Shown here: in pieces, positions 1-9,223 of the stretch | Position numbering within the stretch: the stretch's first letter is position 1 | Layout: each line of letters starts with the position of its first letter | IMG/VR virus record: IMGVR_UViG_3300017917_003143 | Span: 279,633 to 343,632 of that record | Strand: one strand, 5' to 3' | Length of the DNA: 64,000 nucleotides | Notes under the pieces: generated by a model | The model's input: the letters and a program-made list of their open reading frames with translations, nothing else | Told to the model about the DNA's origin: nothing | The model's database searches: none | Position numbers and translations under genes: made by a program

Positions 1-1
1 G

Positions 2-250
2 TATTTTCCAAGGATCTCGTATGGCAGGAATACAACTCTTGATGACATTGACCACAGCTGAACCATTGAACAATGCATCTGCTGTTCGGTATGTGATTTC
101 ATCCATGGCAGTCATTGGGTAGACTGGTAATTCTCTGTTGGGCGGCATGTCCAACACTCCGTCGGGATAGAAATTGCCATCACTGGGCAATTTGATGTAA
201 ATGGCCGGTTGACGGAAGAATCGGCGTAGTGGGTTGGCATTATCTGGCAT
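2..250 (-). CDS. Baseplate hub subunit, T4 gp26-like (N-terminal part; truncated by window edge)
   Basis: Manual translation from ATG at 250: MPDNANPLRRFFRQPAIYIKLPSDGNFYPDG...ELPVYPMTAMDEITYRTADALFNG. SD AAGGA on minus strand at 256-260. Not in the ORF track. Confidence 0.7.
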   Translation of the reverse strand, partial: MPDNANPLRRFFRQPAIYIKLPSDGNFYPDGVLDMPPNRELPVYPMTAMDEITYRTADALFNGSAVVNVIKSCIPAIRDPWKI

Positions 251-302
251 GTTTTTCCTTACCATAAATATTTGGATACAACCTTACTTATCGGCGTAGA
301 TT

Positions 303-2699
303 ATGGCAGATTTAGAAAATTCCAGCGAACTGTTGCGACAATCCTTAGATGAATTGCGCAAAACCGGCATGCTCACTGCCAGCACGTTGGACAAGCTAAA
401 TGCAGCCGCTAAAAAAAGCACCAAAGATGTCAAGGATCTTGGAGAAACTACCAAAGAAACTGCCGGTGACGTTGACGACTTTGGAAAGACACTGACCAAA
501 GTCACTCGTGCGCTGATTGATTCTACAGGTGCTATAAGAGAAAACAGAGAAGATTTCCGCAGTCTCAACCCGGCTATCAGAGCATCAGGTATAGCAGTAG
601 GTGCGGCTGGTCGCAAGTTTGGAGATGCGATCAGTGGTGTTGGTGATGCCATCTCTGGCCTTAGTTTATTTTTGGGCCCCAAAGGCAAACTGATTGGTAT
701 CCTGGGCGGTGGCTTATTGTCCGGCCTAGGCAAAGCAGTAGGAGCCAGTTCGGATGCGGCCGCACAATTGGCCGTGCAGTTTGGAGAATTTGCCACAGGT
801 GAATTACAAAATGTAGTCAATGCATATCGTCAAGTGGGAGCAGTGGGCGCGATATCTGCCGGTGGAATGACACAGCTCTATGATCAAGCCATTGCTGCCG
901 GACTGAGCATTGGACAGTTCAGCAAAATCATAGCTGAAAACAGCGAGACACTGGCCAAAGCAACTGGTAGCACTGCCGAAGGTGCCAAGGTGTTGGCACA
1001 AATCGCCAATGTCGGTGACGCCACACAAAAACAATTTTTAGCTCTAGGCATATCAGTTGAACAGACTAGAGAGTTCCAAGCCAAATTCCTAGAACAAAAT
1101 CGAGTCACTGGTCGTATCGCCATCGGCGATACCAAAGCACTGACAGAAGCCAGCAAAGCATACATTTTCCAACTGGATGAGTTGGCCCGAATCACAGGAT
1201 TGAGTAGAGAACAAGCTCAAAAATTATACGACGAACAAAATAGAAACATAAGATTCCGTGCCAGTGTGCGCATGGCCGAACGAGAATTTGGACCAGCCGC
1301 GGCACAAGCCATGAGAGATTCTGTGGCTGTGATCAGTACTGTGAACAAGCAGTTTGGTCAAGGTTTCGCTGACCTTATGGGTCCTGGTGGCGCCTCAACA
1401 GAAGCCGCTAAGAACCTGCAGATAGCTACAGGTAATGCTGCCAAAGGCATCGCTGACATGGTGCGCACCGGACAGATCACTGCGGATCAAGGTGCGGCTA
1501 TGATCCGTCAAGCCATTAGAAACAAGATGGAAGGCCTGGGCGGAGACACATATTTGGGTCTGGTAGGCGGTGTTGAAGGGCCAATGAAGGATCTGCTGTT
1601 GGGCATGGATGACATAGCCATAGCCAACAATCTCAACGTTGAAGAGATGAAAAAGGCTCGTCAAGGTAGCATAGATGCCAGAAAAGCTGAAGATAAAAAT
1701 ACTCAACAGGTCATTGATGCACAGTTAGCACTGCAAAAAATGGCAGTGGAACTTGACAAGATAGTCAGAGATAAAATATTACCTCATGCAGCCACGGCTG
1801 TTAAAACATTCACAGAAACATTGTTGTCGTCGGTCGACTACATCAATGAAAAATTAGGTATTAAACCTGCTGGAGGTGGTGGTGCAGGCGGAGGTGGTGG
1901 AGGTGGCGGCCCAGCAGGTCGCGGAACCGGAACAACACAAGCACCTGCCACAGGTATAGGCGGTGCTGGTGCACCAACACCTGAAGCCGCCGGAACGTTG
2001 GGCGCAATTAGAACACTGATTGGAAAAGCAGAAAGCGGAGGCAACTATAACATATTGGTTGGCGGTAAAAAGGCCGATTTAACAAATATGACGTTGGCAG
2101 AAGTTTACGACTTGCAGAAAAAAATGATGCAACGTGGCAGTGGATTTGAAAGCACTGCGGTGGGCAAGTATCAAATGCTGTATGGCACACTAAGGAGTAC
2201 AGCAAACAAACTTGGACTCGATCCAGCCACTACCAAGTTTGACCAAGCTACCCAAGATAGATTAGCAGACGAACTGATCGTCAGCAATGCCGGTTATAAC
2301 AAATATTCATCAGGTGCTATCAGCAAAGAACGATTCCTTTACAATCTTTCTGCTATCTGGGCAGGCTTACCAAAAGATGCCAGCGGTGTCAGCTATCACA
2401 AAGGAGTGGGTTCTAACAAAGCCACTGTGGGCTGGGAAGAAGCCATGGGCAGTTTTGCCTATGGTGGCATCAGCTCAGGACCAAAGTCGGGTTACATGAG
2501 CATGTTGCACGGCACCGAAGCAGTGATTCCACTGCCAGGCGGTCGCAGTATTCCTGTGGAAATGAACGGGGTTACAGACAAGATTGGCGAACAAGTCACT
2601 ATGATGAGTGCCCAGTTAGATCGATTAGATGAAATGGTTAGTTTGATGAAAACCAACAACGACGTCAACACAAAGATACTTCGCGCCCAGCAAAGTTAG
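303..2699 (+). CDS. Tape-measure-like protein with C-terminal lambda-lysozyme-like muramidase domain
   Basis: 798 aa. Ala/Gly/Gln-rich helical N-terminal ~520 aa, poly-Gly linker, then AESGGNYN...AVGKYQ...FDQATQD...WAGLP lysozyme-like motifs, ending in FAYGG..GP.SGY...LHGTEAVIPL. Confidence 0.7.
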   Translation: MADLENSSELLRQSLDELRKTGMLTASTLDKLNAAAKKSTKDVKDLGETTKETAGDVDDFGKTLTKVTRALIDSTGAIRENREDFRSLNPAIRASGIAVGAAGRKFGDAISGVGDAISGLSLFLGPKGKLIGILGGGLLSGLGKAVGASSDAAAQLAVQFGEFATGELQNVVNAYRQVGAVGAISAGGMTQLYDQAIAAGLSIGQFSKIIAENSETLAKATGSTAEGAKVLAQIANVGDATQKQFLALGISVEQTREFQAKFLEQNRVTGRIAIGDTKALTEASKAYIFQLDELARITGLSREQAQKLYDEQNRNIRFRASVRMAEREFGPAAAQAMRDSVAVISTVNKQFGQGFADLMGPGGASTEAAKNLQIATGNAAKGIADMVRTGQITADQGAAMIRQAIRNKMEGLGGDTYLGLVGGVEGPMKDLLLGMDDIAIANNLNVEEMKKARQGSIDARKAEDKNTQQVIDAQLALQKMAVELDKIVRDKILPHAATAVKTFTETLLSSVDYINEKLGIKPAGGGGAGGGGGGGGPAGRGTGTTQAPATGIGGAGAPTPEAAGTLGAIRTLIGKAESGGNYNILVGGKKADLTNMTLAEVYDLQKKMMQRGSGFESTAVGKYQMLYGTLRSTANKLGLDPATTKFDQATQDRLADELIVSNAGYNKYSSGAISKERFLYNLSAIWAGLPKDASGVSYHKGVGSNKATVGWEEAMGSFAYGGISSGPKSGYMSMLHGTEAVIPLPGGRSIPVEMNGVTDKIGEQVTMMSAQLDRLDEMVSLMKTNNDVNTKILRAQQS

Positions 2700-2708
2700 C
2701 GGTAAATA
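2699..2708 (+). promoter_or_regulatory. Late promoter motif (representative copy; many others listed in findings)
   Basis: GCGGTAAATA; TAAATA core as in T4 TATAAATA; 7 nt before portal ATG. Confidence 0.7.
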
Positions 2709-2715
2709 ATACACT

Positions 2716-4497
2716 ATGTCATGGAAAAAATATTTCAAAGTGGCCAACGTTTCGGGCCAGATGAGCCCTATTTCGGGCAACATACCCCGAGGGCCAAACT
2801 ACGGCACAGGATACGGAACAGACGGTCAAGCACAGACTGAATTCTCCTTCCGCAACTACGCCAGCCGACTGCCTGAAGTATATACAGGGCATCCCAATCG
2901 TTTGGAACGCTACAACCAATACGAAAACATGGACGGCGATTCAGAAATCAATGCCTGCCTTGACATTTTGGCCGAATTCAGCACACAGACCTGTGAATCA
3001 AACGGTACACCATTTGAGATAGATTTCAAAGAAAAACCCACAGATCACGAAGTAGACATCATCAAAAAACAGCTACAGCAGTGGGTCAAACTAAACAAAT
3101 TAGATCAACGTGTGTTTAAAATTTTCCGCAACACCATCAAGTATGGTGATCAGGTATTTGTGCGTGATCCAGAGACATTTGAGATGTACTGGGTGGACAT
3201 GACCAAAGTGGCCCGAGTGATCGTCAATGAGTCTGAAGGCAAACGTCCTGAGCAGTATGTTATCCGTGACATCAATCCCAATTTCCAGAGTCTGAGCATC
3301 GCTGCCAAGACTACAAATGATTACAACACACAACCACCATCGGGCGGTTATTCAGCACCCTACAATTACACAGCACCCAACGCACCTAACTCGTCGGGGC
3401 AGAGCCGTTTCCAGAAGTCTGTGAACGAAACCTGTATCGATGCCAAGCACGTGGTGCATCTCAGTCTGAGTGAAGGTCTTGATTACTACTGGCCATTTGG
3501 ACAATCTATCCTGGAGATGATTTTCAAAGTTTTCAAACAGAAAGAACTGCTTGAAGATGCTATCCTGATCTATCGTGTGCAACGTGCTCCAGAGCGCAGA
3601 GTATTCAAGATTGACGTGGGCAACATGCCTAGCCACTTGGCTATGCAGTTTGTTGAGCGTGTAAAAAACGAAATACATCAACGCCGTATTCCTAACCAAA
3701 CAGGTGGTAGCGCCAATATCATGGATGCTACATATAACCCACTGTCGATCAACGAAGACTACTTCTTTCCACAGACAGCTGACGGACGTGGATCATCAGT
3801 TGAAACCCTGCCCGGTGGTGAAAACTTAGGTCAGATTGATGACTTGAAATATTTCAACAACAAGATGTGCCGTGGTCTGCGTGTGCCCAGCAGTTACTTG
3901 CCCACAGGGCCAGATGATTCAGATCGTCCTATGAATGACGGTCGTGTTGGCACAGCACTCATACAAGAATACCGCTTTAATCAGTACTGTGAGCGTTTAC
4001 AGCGCCAGATTTGCCAGAAACTGGATGATGAATTCAAGATGTTCCTGCGCTGGAGAGGCTTTAACATTGACGCTGGTTTGTTTAATATTGAGTTTGCACC
4101 GCCACAAAATTTTGCCAGTTATCGTCAAGCAGAACTGGATACCACACGTATGACAGCGTTCCAGGGCTTGGAACAGTTGCCGTATATGAGCAAGCGTTTC
4201 TTGATGAAACGTTATCTTGGACTCAGCGAAGAAGAGATCAACGACAACGAACAGCTTTGGAAAGAAGAACGCGATCAACCCGACTTACAAACACAAAGCG
4301 GCCAGGATTTGCGTTCAGTTGGTATTAGCCCTGCAGACATTGAAGCAGATATTGGCGCTGGCGAAGAAATTGCTGCCGCTGGTGGGTCACCCGAAGGTGG
4401 TATCATGCCACCAGGTGGTGCCGCTCCTGTAGAGCCTGGCAGTGCCGCAGCCGGTGCTGGTCCTGCAGGTGGTGCCGCTCCTGTTCCAACAATCTAA
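2716..4497 (+). CDS. gp20: Portal protein (T4 gp20-like)
   Basis: LLEDAILIYRVQRAPERRVFKIDVGNMP, EDYFFP, TLPGGENLGQIDDLKYF motifs; first gene of the head module. Confidence 0.95.
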   Translation: MSWKKYFKVANVSGQMSPISGNIPRGPNYGTGYGTDGQAQTEFSFRNYASRLPEVYTGHPNRLERYNQYENMDGDSEINACLDILAEFSTQTCESNGTPFEIDFKEKPTDHEVDIIKKQLQQWVKLNKLDQRVFKIFRNTIKYGDQVFVRDPETFEMYWVDMTKVARVIVNESEGKRPEQYVIRDINPNFQSLSIAAKTTNDYNTQPPSGGYSAPYNYTAPNAPNSSGQSRFQKSVNETCIDAKHVVHLSLSEGLDYYWPFGQSILEMIFKVFKQKELLEDAILIYRVQRAPERRVFKIDVGNMPSHLAMQFVERVKNEIHQRRIPNQTGGSANIMDATYNPLSINEDYFFPQTADGRGSSVETLPGGENLGQIDDLKYFNNKMCRGLRVPSSYLPTGPDDSDRPMNDGRVGTALIQEYRFNQYCERLQRQICQKLDDEFKMFLRWRGFNIDAGLFNIEFAPPQNFASYRQAELDTTRMTAFQGLEQLPYMSKRFLMKRYLGLSEEEINDNEQLWKEERDQPDLQTQSGQDLRSVGISPADIEADIGAGEEIAAAGGSPEGGIMPPGGAAPVEPGSAAAGAGPAGGAAPVPTI

Positions 4498-4508
4498 TAA
4501 ATAATATT

Positions 4509-4727
4509 ATGTTGCTACTTGAGTTTTTCCATAAAGATCCTGCAGGTTATCAAGACGTTGAAGATGATAACTCACAGCCTCAGCTTGGCCAACTGCGCAA
4601 GACAAAACTCACACTACGCCAGATCAACAAACTGCGTAGAATGAATGATGTGCGTACCTTTGAGTACAAAGAAAAACTCAAAGATGTGCGCAAGCAATAT
4701 CAACCACCTGCCGCACCAGCACTGTAA
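4509..4727 (+). CDS. Small hypothetical protein in head module
   Basis: 72 aa ORF with basic C-terminus; TAAATA 5 nt before its ATG. Confidence 0.7.
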   Translation: MLLLEFFHKDPAGYQDVEDDNSQPQLGQLRKTKLTLRQINKLRRMNDVRTFEYKEKLKDVRKQYQPPAAPAL

Positions 4728-4742
4728 AGCAGGTCTTATCTC

Positions 4743-4770
4743 GGTAGAATGTTCATTTTCTACCACTTTT
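4743..4770 (+). terminator. Possible weak terminator hairpin
   Basis: GGTAGAA (4743-4749) / TTCTACC (4758-4764) followed by ACTTTT. Confidence 0.35.
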
Positions 4771-4840
4771 ACCCCATAAACCGCATAGATTTTGACGTGT
4801 GTCGTAAATATCACACAGAGCCATAACTTGGAGGAACCTC

Positions 4841-5680
4841 ATGAACAAATTTGAACAGCTCATTGAATACGTTATCAACGACGAAGAGCAAAAAGCTCGC
4901 GATCTTTTCCACGAGATCGTAGTTGAAAAAAGCCGCGGCATCTATGAAGAATTGATGGCCGAGGAAGAAATTGAAGAAGCCAAAGACGAAGAAGAACTCG
5001 ACGAAGCCAAAGACGAAGAATCTGATGAAGAAGAACTCGATGAAGCCAAGGACGAGGAAGAACTCGACGAAAGCATGATGGGTGAGATGGGCGGCGATCA
5101 AGCCGACGATCTTATTGACGACATTGAAACCGAAGAACAAGGTCTTTCAATGGAAGGCGAAGACGAAATGGCCGACGAAGAAGGCGGCGAAGATCTTGAA
5201 GATCGCGTAGTTGATCTTGAAGACAAACTTGACGAACTCATGGCAGAATTTGAAGCTCTTATGGGCGACGAAGGCCAAGAGGGCGAAGACGAAATGGACA
5301 TTGAAGTTGGTAGCGACGACGTCGAAACCGACGGCATGGGCGCTGGTGAAGAAGAAGAAATGGATTCTGAATTTGAAACCATGGAAGGTACTGAACTTGA
5401 AGAAGCTATCAATTTGAAAGCCGCTCCTGCTCCAGTTAAGTCTGAAGAAGGTAATATCAACAAGAAATCTACTGTTGCAGCCAACAGTGGTGCAAAGGGC
5501 ATGGATGGTAAGCCTGTAATGAGCGCAGACACACCTGAAAAAGGTCGTCCTGCTCCTACAGCCAAAGACTTGATTAGCGATGTGCAAAATGCTCCAGCAA
5601 AGAGCACAGTTAAACAAGGTCCTGCTACCAAGCCACATTTAGCACAGGCTACTGGTGTAAACACCAAGAGCCCTTACTAA
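4841..5680 (+). CDS. Acidic prohead core protein (gp67/gp68-like position)
   Basis: 279 aa, extremely Glu/Asp-rich with EEELDEAKD repeats; between portal and protease; GGAGG SD at 4830-4834. Confidence 0.7.
   Translation: MNKFEQLIEYVINDEEQKARDLFHEIVVEKSRGIYEELMAEEEIEEAKDEEELDEAKDEESDEEELDEAKDEEELDESMMGEMGGDQADDLIDDIETEEQGLSMEGEDEMADEEGGEDLEDRVVDLEDKLDELMAEFEALMGDEGQEGEDEMDIEVGSDDVETDGMGAGEEEEMDSEFETMEGTELEEAINLKAAPAPVKSEEGNINKKSTVAANSGAKGMDGKPVMSADTPEKGRPAPTAKDLISDVQNAPAKSTVKQGPATKPHLAQATGVNTKSPY
4963..5075 (+). repeat. Coding tandem repeat EEELDEAKD
   Basis: Near-identical gaagaactcga(c/t)gaagccaa(a/g)gacga units. Confidence 0.8.
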
Positions 5681-5697
5681 TAGGTTAGTTCAAGGTT

Positions 5698-6321
5698 ATG
5701 GCTCGTTACCTAAGAGAACACCTTACTTTTGACGCCGCTCGTATTGTACTCGAGGGCGCCGAAGGTAAGGACCTTTATATGAAAGGTATTTGTATCCAGG
5801 GTGGAGTCAAAAACGCCAACGAGCGTGTGTATCCGGTGAGTGAAATTGAAAAAGCTGTTCGTCAAATCAACGAACAGATCCAAGGTGGATACAGTGTTCT
5901 CGGTGAAGTTGATCACCCAGATGACCTTAAGATTAACTTAGATCGTTGCAGTCATATCATGACAGAAATGTGGATGGATGGCCCCAACGGATTTGGTAAG
6001 CTCAAGATTCTCCCAACACCAATGGGTAATTTGGTACGCACCATGCTTGAAAGTGGTGTGAAATTAGGAGTTTCAAGCCGCGGTAGCGGAAACGTTAACG
6101 AGGCCAATGGACATGTCAGTGATTTTGAAATTGTCACTGTCGATGTTGTTGCCCAACCCAGTGCGCCCAACGCATATCCAACAGCCGTATATGAAGGCTT
6201 GATGAACATGAAATATGGTCATCGAGTGTTAGAAATGGCCAAAGATGCTGGAGAGGACAGCAAGGTACAGAGATATTTGAGAGACGAGGTAACTCGCTTG
6301 ATCAAAGATCTCAAGATTTAG
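5698..6321 (+). CDS. gp21: Prohead protease (T4 gp21-like)
   Basis: NANERVYP, LGEVDHP, GKLKILPTPMG, LGVSSRGSG, DVVAQPSAP motifs. Confidence 0.95.
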   Translation: MARYLREHLTFDAARIVLEGAEGKDLYMKGICIQGGVKNANERVYPVSEIEKAVRQINEQIQGGYSVLGEVDHPDDLKINLDRCSHIMTEMWMDGPNGFGKLKILPTPMGNLVRTMLESGVKLGVSSRGSGNVNEANGHVSDFEIVTVDVVAQPSAPNAYPTAVYEGLMNMKYGHRVLEMAKDAGEDSKVQRYLRDEVTRLIKDLKI

Positions 6322-6330
6322 GAGAAACGC

Positions 6331-7419
6331 ATGCTAGATGCCATCAAACCGTTACTAGATAGCGACCTAATCAACGAGGAAACTCGTACAGCGATCTCAG
6401 AACAATGGGAACAAAAGCTGAACGAAGCTCGTGAGGTGGTACGTGCAGAACTCAGAGAAGAGTTTGCACAACGCTATGAGCATGACAAACAAGTGATGGT
6501 GGAAGCCCTAGATCGCATGGTAACAGAAGGTCTCGCCGCAGAGATCCAAGCTGTGCAAGCTGAAAAGCAAGCATTGGCCGAAGATCGCGTCAAGTTCAAT
6601 GTCAAGATGAAGGAATCAGCTACAAAGTTTAACGACTTTATGGTTTCTAAACTTGCAGAAGAAATTGGTGAACTGCGTAAAGATCGCAAAATTCACACAG
6701 AATCAATCCAGAAATTGGAAAGTTTTGTCGTGAAAGCTCTTGCTCAAGAAATCCGTGAATTCGCACAAGACAAGAAGGATGCGGTGGAAACCAAAGTCCG
6801 TTTAGTCCGTGAAGCTCGCAAACAGCTTGAGACATTGAAAGCACGTTTCGTAAAAGAAAGTGCTGACAAGATGAGCAAATCTGTAGCCAAGCATCTCAAG
6901 GCTGAACTTAGTCAACTCCACGAAGACATCAAAGTTGCTCGCGAGAACAATTTTGGTCGTCGTATCTTTGAAGCATACGCCGCTGAATTCGGTGCTACTC
7001 ACCTCAGTGAGAACGCAGAAATCCGTAAGCTCAACAGCGTTATTGCTGCCAAAGATCAGAAGTTGGCTGAAGCCATCAAGATCACCGAGAAGGCTAAAAC
7101 CCTCGTTGAATCAAAAGAACGCGAGATTCGCATAATCCGTGAATCCAATGAGCGAGCAAAGCTCATGGACGAACTGCTTGGACCTCTTAACGAGGAAAAG
7201 GCCGGTGTTATGAAGAATCTGCTAGAAAACGTTCAAACATCCCGTTTAAAGAACGCTTTCGAAAAATATTTGCCAGCTGTGCTCGCAGATAACAAACCAG
7301 CAAAAGCTAAGTCAGTGATTGCTGAGAGTGTTACTGAAGTCACTGGTGATAAATCTGCAAAGGTTGTAGCGGAAGATCGCAGTAATGTGATCGACCTTAA
7401 ACGCCTGGCAGGGCTTTAA
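6331..7419 (+). CDS. gp22: Prohead scaffold protein (T4 gp22-like)
   Basis: 362 aa coiled-coil, E/K-rich, between protease and capsid genes. Confidence 0.85.
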   Translation: MLDAIKPLLDSDLINEETRTAISEQWEQKLNEAREVVRAELREEFAQRYEHDKQVMVEALDRMVTEGLAAEIQAVQAEKQALAEDRVKFNVKMKESATKFNDFMVSKLAEEIGELRKDRKIHTESIQKLESFVVKALAQEIREFAQDKKDAVETKVRLVREARKQLETLKARFVKESADKMSKSVAKHLKAELSQLHEDIKVARENNFGRRIFEAYAAEFGATHLSENAEIRKLNSVIAAKDQKLAEAIKITEKAKTLVESKEREIRIIRESNERAKLMDELLGPLNEEKAGVMKNLLENVQTSRLKNAFEKYLPAVLADNKPAKAKSVIAESVTEVTGDKSAKVVAEDRSNVIDLKRLAGL

Positions 7420-7444
7420 TCTTAGGAAGGAAGAAGGAGACATT

Positions 7445-8647
7445 ATGTCACAAGAACTACTAGAAAGCCGTTGGGATGAGACCAAAGAAGCCCTACTCGA
7501 AGGCCTACAAGGTGCTCGTCGCTCAACCATGGGTGTTGTTTTAGAAAACACTCGCAAATACTTGAAAGAGAATGCTTCTGCAGGCTCAACAGTTTCAGGT
7601 AATATTGCAACATTAAACCGTGTGATCCTACCAGTGATTCGACGTGTTATGCCAACCGTTATCGCTAACGAGTTGGTTGGCGTTCAGCCAATGACAGGTC
7701 CAGTTGGACAGATCCACACATTACGTGTTCGTTATGCTCAGAGCTTGACAGACAACTCAGCCGCACAAACATCAGTTACAGCTGGTGAAGAAGCGTTGAG
7801 CCCATTCAAGATCGCTCAGGCATATTCGCGTCAAGTATCCGGTGTTGCTGGTGATACAGCTACCGAGTACACAGGTGCTAACACAGCAACTCTTGAAGGC
7901 AATGGTGGTCGTCAGATCTCTGTTCAAATCTTGAAGCAAGCTGTTGAAGCTAAGACACGTAAGCTACAAGCTCGTTGGACATTCGAAGCCGCGCAAGATG
8001 CACAAGCTATGCACGGTATCGATATCGAAGCTGAAATCATGGCAGCTCTTGCACAAGAAATTACTGCTGAAATTGACCAGGAGATTCTCCTGTCACTCCG
8101 CACTCTTGCAAGCACAGAGTTTACATACAACCAAGCTACCGTTTCAGGTACAGCTACATTCGTTGGTGACGAACACGCCGCATTGGCAGTTTTGATCAAC
8201 CGTGTTGCTAACTTGATCGCTCAGCGCACACGTCGTGGCGCTGGTAACTGGGCTGTTGTATCCCCAGCTTCATTGACTGTTCTACAGTCTGCAACAACTT
8301 CTGCTTTTGCACGTACAACAGAAGGCACATTCGAAGCACCTACAAACACCAAGTTTGTTGGTACATTGAACGGTGCTATGCGTGTGTTCTGCGACTCTTA
8401 TGCCGCAGACTCAACACCAGTTCTCGTTGGTTACAAAGGCGCAAGCGAAACTGATGCAGCCGCATTCTACTGCCCATACATCCCATTGATGTCAAGCGGT
8501 GTTGTGCTGGATCCAAGCACATTCGAGCCAGTCGTATCGTTCATGACACGTTACGGCTACATCGAACTCACAAACACAGCATCTTCATTCGGTAACGCCG
8601 GTGACTATGTTGGTGAGATTGCTGTTTCTAACTTGTCATTCTCTTAA
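7445..8647 (+). CDS. gp23: Major capsid protein (T4 gp23-like)
   Basis: LVGVQPMTGPVGQIHTLR, KTRKLQARWTFEAAQD, EITAEIDQEI, FYCPYIPL, FMTRYG motifs; strong SD and downstream terminator. Confidence 0.97.
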   Translation: MSQELLESRWDETKEALLEGLQGARRSTMGVVLENTRKYLKENASAGSTVSGNIATLNRVILPVIRRVMPTVIANELVGVQPMTGPVGQIHTLRVRYAQSLTDNSAAQTSVTAGEEALSPFKIAQAYSRQVSGVAGDTATEYTGANTATLEGNGGRQISVQILKQAVEAKTRKLQARWTFEAAQDAQAMHGIDIEAEIMAALAQEITAEIDQEILLSLRTLASTEFTYNQATVSGTATFVGDEHAALAVLINRVANLIAQRTRRGAGNWAVVSPASLTVLQSATTSAFARTTEGTFEAPTNTKFVGTLNGAMRVFCDSYAADSTPVLVGYKGASETDAAAFYCPYIPLMSSGVVLDPSTFEPVVSFMTRYGYIELTNTASSFGNAGDYVGEIAVSNLSFS

Positions 8648-8671
8648 TCCGACACTGGATCAAGAAAACTC

Positions 8672-8699
8672 AAAAACCCGCTTCGGCGGGTTTTTGTTT
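8672..8699 (+). terminator. Rho-independent terminator after capsid gene
   Basis: AAAAACCCGC-TTCG-GCGGGTTTTT hairpin with cUUCGg loop and U tract. Confidence 0.92.
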
Positions 8700-8716
8700 G
8701 GCCGCTAAATATTATC

Positions 8717-8857
8717 ATGATTGCACGTATTAACTTTGGATTAGGAATGCCGGCGGCTCGTCCACAAGCACCCATAGGCAATCCTATCGGGCATACAGTT
8801 CCACAAACACTGCCTCGCCCAGCAGTACATAACTTGATAGTAAAAACAAATGGCTAA
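8717..8857 (+). CDS. 46-aa small ORF (missed by track)
   Basis: MIARINFGLGMPAARPQAPIGNPIGHTVPQTLPRPAVHNLIVKTNG; TAAATA 5 nt upstream; stop overlaps next ATG. Confidence 0.5.
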   Translation: MIARINFGLGMPAARPQAPIGNPIGHTVPQTLPRPAVHNLIVKTNG

Positions 8858-9215
8858 TCCACCTCCACCATATGCAGACATCACTGGCATCAGCCGTACA
8901 GTGATGAAAGACAACGCACAAGAATCATTGGCCAACTACGATGGCAATGCCAGACCCGCAGAGTTCACAGTTGATCAAACCACAAGTAATGTTTACATTG
9001 GTAATGCCACAGGTAATTTGACACAAGTTTGGTCACCCACCGTGGCGATATTTCCTGTGTACACAACTTCTGCGGCTGCTAATCTTGTAGGATCTATAGG
9101 ACAAGCGATCTGTATCAGCGACAGTGCCCAAGGCAGTGACCCCGACGGAATGCTGGCATTTTGGGACACAACACACAATCGCTGGAGTTACGTACACAAC
9201 AATCAAGCAGTATAA
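8850..9215 (+). CDS. Hypothetical virion protein
   Basis: 121 aa; C-terminal module resembles the C-terminus of fibre 21568-25248. Confidence 0.65.
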   Translation: MANPPPPYADITGISRTVMKDNAQESLANYDGNARPAEFTVDQTTSNVYIGNATGNLTQVWSPTVAIFPVYTTSAAANLVGSIGQAICISDSAQGSDPDGMLAFWDTTHNRWSYVHNNQAV

Positions 9216-9223
9216 GTATTGCC

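Noticed and set aside
284-7557. Minus-strand ORFs over the tape measure and head genes (284-820, 884-1195, 5098-5667 and others)
   Set aside because: They fully overlap well-supported plus-strand genes and show shadow-type composition.
9161-9223. Longer track starts for several ORFs (9161, 46421, 47875, 56064, 57947, 60693)
   Set aside because: They overlap upstream genes or promoters; motif spacing or stop/start coupling supports the shorter starts used here.
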